Below, piece by piece: positions 33,317 through 39,234 of a stretch of DNA of 39,234 bases. Position numbers and translations under genes: made by a program. The stretch spans positions 21,423-60,656 of the forward strand of contig JBNPEG010000116.1 in NCBI GenBank assembly GCA_051117555.1, given 5' to 3'. Each line of letters begins with the position of its first letter. Within the stretch, counting starts at the first letter, position 1. This DNA is from Elainellaceae cyanobacterium (lineage in GTDB: Bacteria; Cyanobacteriota; Cyanobacteriia; CAZCXK01). Under the pieces are notes generated by a model, which saw only the letters and a list, made by a program, of their open reading frames with translations, was not told the origin of the DNA and made no database searches.

Positions 33317-33544
33317 TCCTATTGGTATCCCTAACATGATTACCCTCTAGAAATTAGAATTCCCAGAGATGCCCTGCTTTCATCTCTAGACGGGGTAATA
33401 ATTCAACTGGGAAAAATGAGTGATCAGTCGTCAGCAATGGTAGACCTAACCTCATTATAAATTTGTACTGATGGATAGGCGGGCACACTATGCGTCAATT
33501 CACGCTTAAATAAGTGAGTTCACCTTGCGAGGCATCTCTCAAAC

Positions 33545-35158
33545 GTGTCTGACACAAAACCCACTTCTCGATCGCTAGCGAACATCGCTGGTATTGTGGC
33601 GATCGCTACCCTCGTTAGCAAACTCTTTGGTTTGGTGCGCCAGCAGGCGATCGCCGCAGCGTTTGGGGTCGGGGCTGCCGTCGATGCATACAACTATGCC
33701 TATGTGATTCCAGGGTTTTTGCTGGTGCTCTTGGGAGGCATCAACGGTCCATTTCATAGCGCTATGGTGAGCGTCCTTTCGAAACGCAGCCGAGATGATG
33801 CAGCCCCCCTCGTTGAAACCATGACTACGCTGGTGGGCGGGGCATTGCTGGTCGTCACAGTAGTGTTGATTATTTTTGCCGAACCGCTGATTGATGTAGT
33901 AGCTCCAGGGTTGAGCCGCACCCCTGAAGGACTCGAAATCCGGGCGATCGCCATTCAGCAGTTGCGGATTATGGCACCGATGGCGCTACTAGCTGGGCTG
34001 ATTGGCATTGGCTTTGGCACCCTTAATGCAGCCGATCAGTATTGGCTGCCCTCAATCAGTCCTCTCTTTTCTAGCACTGCCCTTCTCATCGGCTTGGGGA
34101 TTTTGGTTTTTTCGCTGGGCGAAGATATCACCGCTCCGCGCTACGCCATGTTGGGGGGTGTCGTCCTTGCGTGGGGAACCCTAGCCGGGGCGATCGTGCA
34201 GTGGCTAGTGCAAGTGCCTGTACAGTGGCGGTCGGGCTTGGGGAAGCTACGCCTGCGGTTTGAGTTTCAACGCCCTGGTGTCAGCGAGGTGCTCAAGGTC
34301 ATGGGACCCGCAACCTTTTCCTCGGGGATGATGCAAATTAATGTGTACACCGATTTATTTTTTGCCTCGTATATTCCCCAGGCGGCAGCGGCGCTGAGCT
34401 ACGCTAACCTATTGGTGCAAACCCCGCTCGGCATTATTTCGAATGTGTTACTGGTTCCCTTGCTGCCTGTGTTTTCTCGGCTTGCCGATCCAAACGATTG
34501 GTCTGAGCTGAAATATCGCATTCGTCAGGGGATTATTCTCACTGCACTCACGATGTTGCCTCTCAGCGCGCTGATGATCACCCTGGCATTTCCAATCGTC
34601 CGGGTGGTCTATGAGCGCTACGCCTTTGATCAACAAGCGTCTCGATTGGTCACGTCGGTGTTGATTGCCTATGGGGTGGGTATGTTTGTGTATCTGGGGC
34701 GAGATGTGTTGGTGCGAGTCTTTTATGGGCTTGGCGATGGCGACACCCCGTTTCGTATTAGCGTTGTCAATATTTTTCTGAATGCGCTGCTCGACTTTTT
34801 ATTAGTGGGGCCTTTTGGGGCACCCGGGCTCGTACTCGCAACCGTGGGGGTCAATCTCATTTCTGTGATTATGCTGCTGTGGCTACTCGATCGCAAACTT
34901 CACGGGCTGCCGTGGCAGAACTGGAGCGGTCCGATTCTGGGATTGATTGCAGGCAGCTTGCTTACAGGGCTAACCTGCTGGGGGTCTCGCTGGGGACTTG
35001 AGCACCTTTTGGGCACCGATGGCTTTTTGATTCAGCTCTTGCAAATTAGCGTGGCAGGTCTTGTGGGGTTGGGAACTTTTGCTCTCTTCATCTCTCGTCT
35101 TGATTTGCCCGAAGTTGATATGCTCACTGCTCGTTTGCGTCAGCGTTTTCGTCGATAA
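33545..35158 (+). CDS. murJ: Lipid II flippase MurJ (MviN)
   Basis: SKLFGLVRQQAIAAAFGVG, LLGGINGPFHSA, QINVYTDLFFAS and RVFYGLGDGDTPF, with many TM helices. GTG start. Confidence 0.95.
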   Translation: MSDTKPTSRSLANIAGIVAIATLVSKLFGLVRQQAIAAAFGVGAAVDAYNYAYVIPGFLLVLLGGINGPFHSAMVSVLSKRSRDDAAPLVETMTTLVGGALLVVTVVLIIFAEPLIDVVAPGLSRTPEGLEIRAIAIQQLRIMAPMALLAGLIGIGFGTLNAADQYWLPSISPLFSSTALLIGLGILVFSLGEDITAPRYAMLGGVVLAWGTLAGAIVQWLVQVPVQWRSGLGKLRLRFEFQRPGVSEVLKVMGPATFSSGMMQINVYTDLFFASYIPQAAAALSYANLLVQTPLGIISNVLLVPLLPVFSRLADPNDWSELKYRIRQGIILTALTMLPLSALMITLAFPIVRVVYERYAFDQQASRLVTSVLIAYGVGMFVYLGRDVLVRVFYGLGDGDTPFRISVVNIFLNALLDFLLVGPFGAPGLVLATVGVNLISVIMLLWLLDRKLHGLPWQNWSGPILGLIAGSLLTGLTCWGSRWGLEHLLGTDGFLIQLLQISVAGLVGLGTFALFISRLDLPEVDMLTARLRQRFRR

Positions 35159-35176
35159 TCGTCAGTTGGACCCGTG

Positions 35177-35200
35177 ATATCAGTAAACTTTTGCTGATAT
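35177..35200 (+). terminator. Hairpin downstream of murJ
   Basis: ATATCAGTAAA-CT-TTTGCTGATAT followed by TT. The stem is AT-rich and weak. Confidence 0.4.
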
Positions 35201-35508
35201 TTAGACAGGCTTGCAGCAGGTGAACGCCCCCAATTTTGTTGACCGCTAGCGATGGGGTTAAACTAGCTCGAATTAGATATAATTGCCTATTTGTAGAAGA
35301 TTGGCATCTGATCGAGGGTTCAACGCGACAATCCGTTGTTTCTCATCAGACATGGATTCGACACGAATGGGTATGTTAAACAACGGGTCAAAACTTTGTC
35401 CGTAATAGTACGGATGGCGATCGCCCGACAGCGGGTGAGATGAATGGTCTGACTTGTTCTATCTAAACGATATCAAGCACGGTTTGCGTAAACAGGAGAC
35501 TCAGGTGA

Positions 35509-37140
35509 ATGGCTACGATCAACGGTTCTGACGATAATGATACGCTTCTCGGCACAGCCGATGTGGATAGTATTTCCGGCTTTGACGGAGATGACTTTTT
35601 GTTTGGGTTGGGCGAAGGCGATACTATGCTGGGGGGCGATGGGCGAGATCGGCTGGATGGCGATCGCGGAGATGACACGCTGTTGGGTGAAGACGGCAAT
35701 GACCTCCTCCTGGGCGCAGGGGGGAGCGATCGCGCGTTGGGCGGACGTGGCGAAGATCGACTCATGGGCGACGGCGGTGCCGACTTTCTCTTTGGCGATG
35801 ACGGAGACGATGATTTATTTGGCAACAATGGGAGCGATCGCCTCGATGGTGGCGACGGCAACGACACGCTGATTGGCAATAATGGCTTTGATATCCTCGA
35901 AGGCGGGCGTGGCAATGACCGACTCGAAGGCGGACGGGGTAATGATACGCTGCGCGGTGATGGCGGACAAGATACCCTCTTTGGTGGCGACGATGCCGAT
36001 ACCCTAGACGGTGGCGATGGCGATGATACGGTCGAGGGTGAACGCCAAGACGATCGGATCTTTGGCGGCGGCGGCAATGACACCCTCAATGGCGGCGGTG
36101 GCAGCGACACTATCAACGGGGATAGTGGCAACGACCAAATCAACGGTCAGGCAGGGGCAGATATCTTACGGGGCGATGGAGGAGACGATCAGCTCGATGG
36201 CGCAGGCGGAGATGACTTTCTAGAAGGCGGCAACGATAACGATACGCTCAACGGTAGGGGTGGGCAAGATGTGCTTCAAGGTCAAGCGGGGAGCGATACC
36301 TTGAGCGGGGGCGATGGCAACGATTTTCTAGAAGGGGGCGGGCGCAGCGACACCCTCGATGGCAATGGCGGCAATGACACCCTCAACGGAGATGCGGGAA
36401 GCGATCGCCTCAATGGGGGCGCCGGCAACGATATTCTCAATGGCGGAATCGGGAGCGATCGCCTGGAAGGCGGCGGCGGCAATGATATTTATGTAGTCAA
36501 TACCCGCCAGGATGAAGTTGTCGAAGGCAGAAATCGAGGACGCGATACCGTCATCTCATCCGTCAGTCTGACCTTAGCTGAGAATGTGGAGAACTTGTCT
36601 CTTTCAGGCAACGGCAACACCAACGGTACGGGCAACGCCCGTCGAAATCAACTCGTCGGCACGATTGGGCAAAATTCTTTAGACGGCAACGGTGGCAATG
36701 ATACCCTGTTAGGTCTAGATGGCAACGATCGCCTGGTGGGCGGCGACGGGAATGACACGCTCTCCGGCGGCAACGGCAATGATCGCCTGTTTGGCAACCG
36801 AGGTCGAGATACCCTGTTGGGAGGCTTTGGGCAAGACAATTTCTATTTTGATGCGCCTCGACAGGGTGTCGATCGCATCCTAGATTTCTCCACCCTCGAT
36901 GACACAATCGTAGTATCTGCCGATGGTTTTGGTGCGGGCTTGCGGTCAGGCAGATTTTTAAACGCGTCTCAGTTTACGCTGGGAAGCCGTGCTACAGCTC
37001 GCAGCCAGCGATTTATTTACGATCCCACTCGTGGAGGGCTATTTTTTGATGAAGATGGCGCAGGCGGACGCGCCAAAACTCGCATTGCAAATCTGTCAGC
37101 CGGTCTCAACGTCACCAACTTCGACATCTTCATTAGCTAG
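35509..37140 (+). CDS. RTX/hemolysin-type calcium-binding repeat protein
   Basis: Dozens of GGxGxDxLx nonapeptides, with a C-terminal DRILDF...RFIYD...GLFFDEDG...DIFI tail typical of cyanobacterial type-I-secreted proteins. AGGAG upstream. Confidence 0.92.
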   Translation: MATINGSDDNDTLLGTADVDSISGFDGDDFLFGLGEGDTMLGGDGRDRLDGDRGDDTLLGEDGNDLLLGAGGSDRALGGRGEDRLMGDGGADFLFGDDGDDDLFGNNGSDRLDGGDGNDTLIGNNGFDILEGGRGNDRLEGGRGNDTLRGDGGQDTLFGGDDADTLDGGDGDDTVEGERQDDRIFGGGGNDTLNGGGGSDTINGDSGNDQINGQAGADILRGDGGDDQLDGAGGDDFLEGGNDNDTLNGRGGQDVLQGQAGSDTLSGGDGNDFLEGGGRSDTLDGNGGNDTLNGDAGSDRLNGGAGNDILNGGIGSDRLEGGGGNDIYVVNTRQDEVVEGRNRGRDTVISSVSLTLAENVENLSLSGNGNTNGTGNARRNQLVGTIGQNSLDGNGGNDTLLGLDGNDRLVGGDGNDTLSGGNGNDRLFGNRGRDTLLGGFGQDNFYFDAPRQGVDRILDFSTLDDTIVVSADGFGAGLRSGRFLNASQFTLGSRATARSQRFIYDPTRGGLFFDEDGAGGRAKTRIANLSAGLNVTNFDIFIS

Positions 37141-37154
37141 TTGTCTACCCCACG

Positions 37155-37463
37155 CTAGAGCCGCCGCTGATACTCGTCCAACACTTCCATCAGGCTAATT
37201 TGGCATTGTCCTGGCACGAGTTCTGCTAAAGGTATTTCTCGTTTTCCAGCGCCAAGGGTCACTGGAATGGTTTTTAGCACATCCATCACGCGACTTTCAT
37301 CCACATCGCCGTCTGACAGCATGGGATAGAGGCGTTCGGCTAAGACCGTGTGCAAATGAGCATCTCGCAAATAGAGATGCCATTTCGCAACGTCGATATA
37401 GACATTATTGCCAATTTCAGCCGCGAGAGCTTCGATGGCTTCATTGGTGCTTGCGTACGTCAT
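37155..37463 (-). CDS. DUF3181 family protein
   Basis: IEALAAEIGNNVYIDVAKWHLYLRDAHLH...IPVTLGAGK resembles this cyanobacterial family. Confidence 0.75.
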   Translation of the reverse strand: MTYASTNEAIEALAAEIGNNVYIDVAKWHLYLRDAHLHTVLAERLYPMLSDGDVDESRVMDVLKTIPVTLGAGKREIPLAELVPGQCQISLMEVLDEYQRRL

Positions 37464-37526
37464 AATAGCTTACTCCCAGTCAATCTCATCCCTAGCCTAC
37501 AATCCACTGAGAGGTTTACCCGTCGC

Positions 37527-37817
37527 TCACGAGGAAGATTTTGGCTTTGCAAACCCCTTGGGTTGAGAGGAAGATTTTGGCTGCGGATATTGGGCGATCG
37601 CAAAAATATAGACGCCGTGGGTAAAGAGGGCGATCGCCCAAATTCCAGTCACCCAGACCACCCAAGGCCACGCTTGATTTTGAAAGAGATGCCCAAACCA
37701 TAGCCCTGAATTGGTTGCAGCAAAAACCGCCACATGGACTGCAAAATTCATGCGATCATCCAAACGCCGATAATCAGGGTCATTCCGATCAGGTTTTCGA
37801 GACCAACGAGGAGGCAT
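37527..37817 (-). CDS. 2TM domain small membrane protein
   Basis: MPPRWSRKPDRNDPDYRRLDDRMNFAVHVAVFAATNSGLWF...W..ALFTH. Start at ATG 37817. Confidence 0.78.
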   Translation of the reverse strand: MPPRWSRKPDRNDPDYRRLDDRMNFAVHVAVFAATNSGLWFGHLFQNQAWPWVVWVTGIWAIALFTHGVYIFAIAQYPQPKSSSQPKGFAKPKSSS

Positions 37818-38161
37818 AAGATAAAGCTCTATTGACATCAACGAGAAAAGTGAGACGGGGCGACCCTCCTTCACTATGAGAGAAAAGGCATACCCCATTC
37901 TTTCCCTTTTAATTGTAAAAGGTTAAGCCCTGTATGGGCGTTCGTCTGTCCTATTGAGTCGCTTGCAAATTAGCATAAATTTGACCTATGATTTGCCCGT
38001 TGAACCAGAATTCAGAAAATATTTTAAATCAATGAAGAATTGAGAATGTTTGAGGGAATCACGGTAAAACAGAACAGAAATGACTGAATTTCAAACCGCC
38101 AAAAACCCATGAAAAAGATAGTCAACCTATTGCCGTCAACTGGTGCACAGGGGGCACGGGA

Positions 38162-38869
38162 ATGAAGCTAAACGTTCTGACAGACACAATTTTCAAGCTA
38201 GAAACAAAGCAAGCCAGACTATTAGATGATTCGGGAAAATTAACCGTTTCAGAAGGAACTGAATACGAAGTCCTCGCTCACGCGCCCGCTCCGTTTAAGC
38301 ATGTGAAGGTGACCCTGGCATCAAATATTGGTCCCCAAGATAAAAATACGTGGTACATCTTTTCTGAGCACATCGAAATCGAGGGAAACGAGCCCGATAA
38401 CCTCCCTCAAGACGAGGAAGAACCTGAACCCAAGCGCACCGGAGGCTTTAAGTTACCCGGCTATCGCAGCACATTTTATCTACCTGATCCGGTTTTAGCG
38501 GGGGGAAATTTTACGTGGGCTGAAGCCACCAAAAATGGAACGCGGATGCCTCCTAATAAAGACATCGTCGAAGGTATTCTGCGAATTGCCGATACGATGC
38601 AGGAGATTCGAGAGCTGTATGGAAATCGCCCCATCAAGGTAACCTCTTGGTATCGCGACCCGGTGACAAACCGACGGGTGGGTGGAGCAACCAGCAGCCG
38701 TCATCTTACCGGAGGGGCGGTCGATTTCCGCATTACAGGGGTGTCTCCTTCTGATGTTCAAAAACGGTTGGATAGCTGGTGGGGAGGCCGAGGGGGTCTT
38801 GCTAGCGCTAGCAGCTTTACCCACATTGACAACCGCGGATATCGTGCTCGCTGGCGATACGGAATATAG
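38162..38869 (+). CDS. Peptidase M15 (D-Ala-D-Ala carboxypeptidase family, Zn) with N-terminal beta-rich domain
   Basis: NFTWAE, VTSWYR...NRRVGGA..SRHLTGGAVD (SxHxxGxAxD) and FTHIDNR. Confidence 0.88.
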   Translation: MKLNVLTDTIFKLETKQARLLDDSGKLTVSEGTEYEVLAHAPAPFKHVKVTLASNIGPQDKNTWYIFSEHIEIEGNEPDNLPQDEEEPEPKRTGGFKLPGYRSTFYLPDPVLAGGNFTWAEATKNGTRMPPNKDIVEGILRIADTMQEIRELYGNRPIKVTSWYRDPVTNRRVGGATSSRHLTGGAVDFRITGVSPSDVQKRLDSWWGGRGGLASASSFTHIDNRGYRARWRYGI

Positions 38870-38935
38870 CGCCAACGGCTGGTTTCCTAAAGTTAAGGGA
38901 TTGAGCCAGCTTATTTAGGCTGGCCTATTGGCGCT

Positions 38936-38971
38936 CTAAATCCCCGGCTTTTTAGAAAGTCGGGGATTTAG
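38936..38971. terminator. 16-bp inverted repeat between convergent genes (bidirectional terminator or REP-like)
   Basis: CTAAATCCCCGGCTTT-TTAG-AAAGTCGGGGATTTAG (15/16). A smaller hairpin lies at 38905-38924. Confidence 0.6.
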
Positions 38972-39108
38972 CTGGGAGTAGGAGTTGCCGGTCGCTTTTG
39001 AGATTTTGCCGCGCTACTGCAACAAAAACGGCGTTGCTCATTGACGGGATGAATCGCCTTGCTCAGACACCGTTCTTCGTGCAAGCTGGTGAAGGATTTT
39101 TCGTCATC

Positions 39109-39234
39109 TCATATCTTGCACCTGGTAATTTGAACTTCAATTCCCTGCTGTTGCAACAAGGAACGTTTTCGTTCGATATCGGCTAACAACAGTGTCACTA
39201 AAACATCTGCCAAAGCGGCTTCTAGCACTACCGT
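39109..39234 (-). CDS. 3' end of a gene entering from beyond the window
   Basis: Open frame from the window edge: TVVLEAALADVLVTLLLADIERKRSLLQQQGIEVQITRCKI*. Product not recognised. Confidence 0.4.
   Translation of the reverse strand, partial: TVVLEAALADVLVTLLLADIERKRSLLQQQGIEVQITRCKI

Noticed and set aside
35463..36143. 226-aa Pro/Ser-rich minus-strand ORF (and 36282-36482, 36563-36907, 36648-36839)
   Set aside because: Antisense shadows of the Gly/Asp RTX repeats.

Overview
Cyanobacterial chromosomal window. HIP1 octamers (GCGATCGC) occur throughout. Most of it is housekeeping: an NYN-domain gene, nadE, secDF, ppk1, the large ATP synthase operon (atp1-a-c-b'-b-delta-alpha-gamma, minus strand), a probable phycobiliprotein Asn-methyltransferase cpcM divergent from apcE-apcA-apcB-apcC, then ftsW-ccdA-ccs1, sfsA, murJ, an RTX Ca-binding protein and an M15 peptidase. 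The most unusual part is about 27.6-30.5 kb. There a TetR regulator is fused to a C-terminal domain resembling a tyrosine recombinase that has lost most catalytic residues. It is divergent from a delta-9-type fatty-acid desaturase, and two palindromic operator-like boxes lie between them. The module is bracketed by inverted copies of a heptamer-carrying MITE-like repeat, and an unannotated 31-aa membrane microprotein lies next to it. Several other small MITE/REP-like elements and structured intergenic RNAs are present. I saw no tRNA, rRNA, CRISPR array or transposase. All family assignments come from motif recognition by eye, not from database searches.
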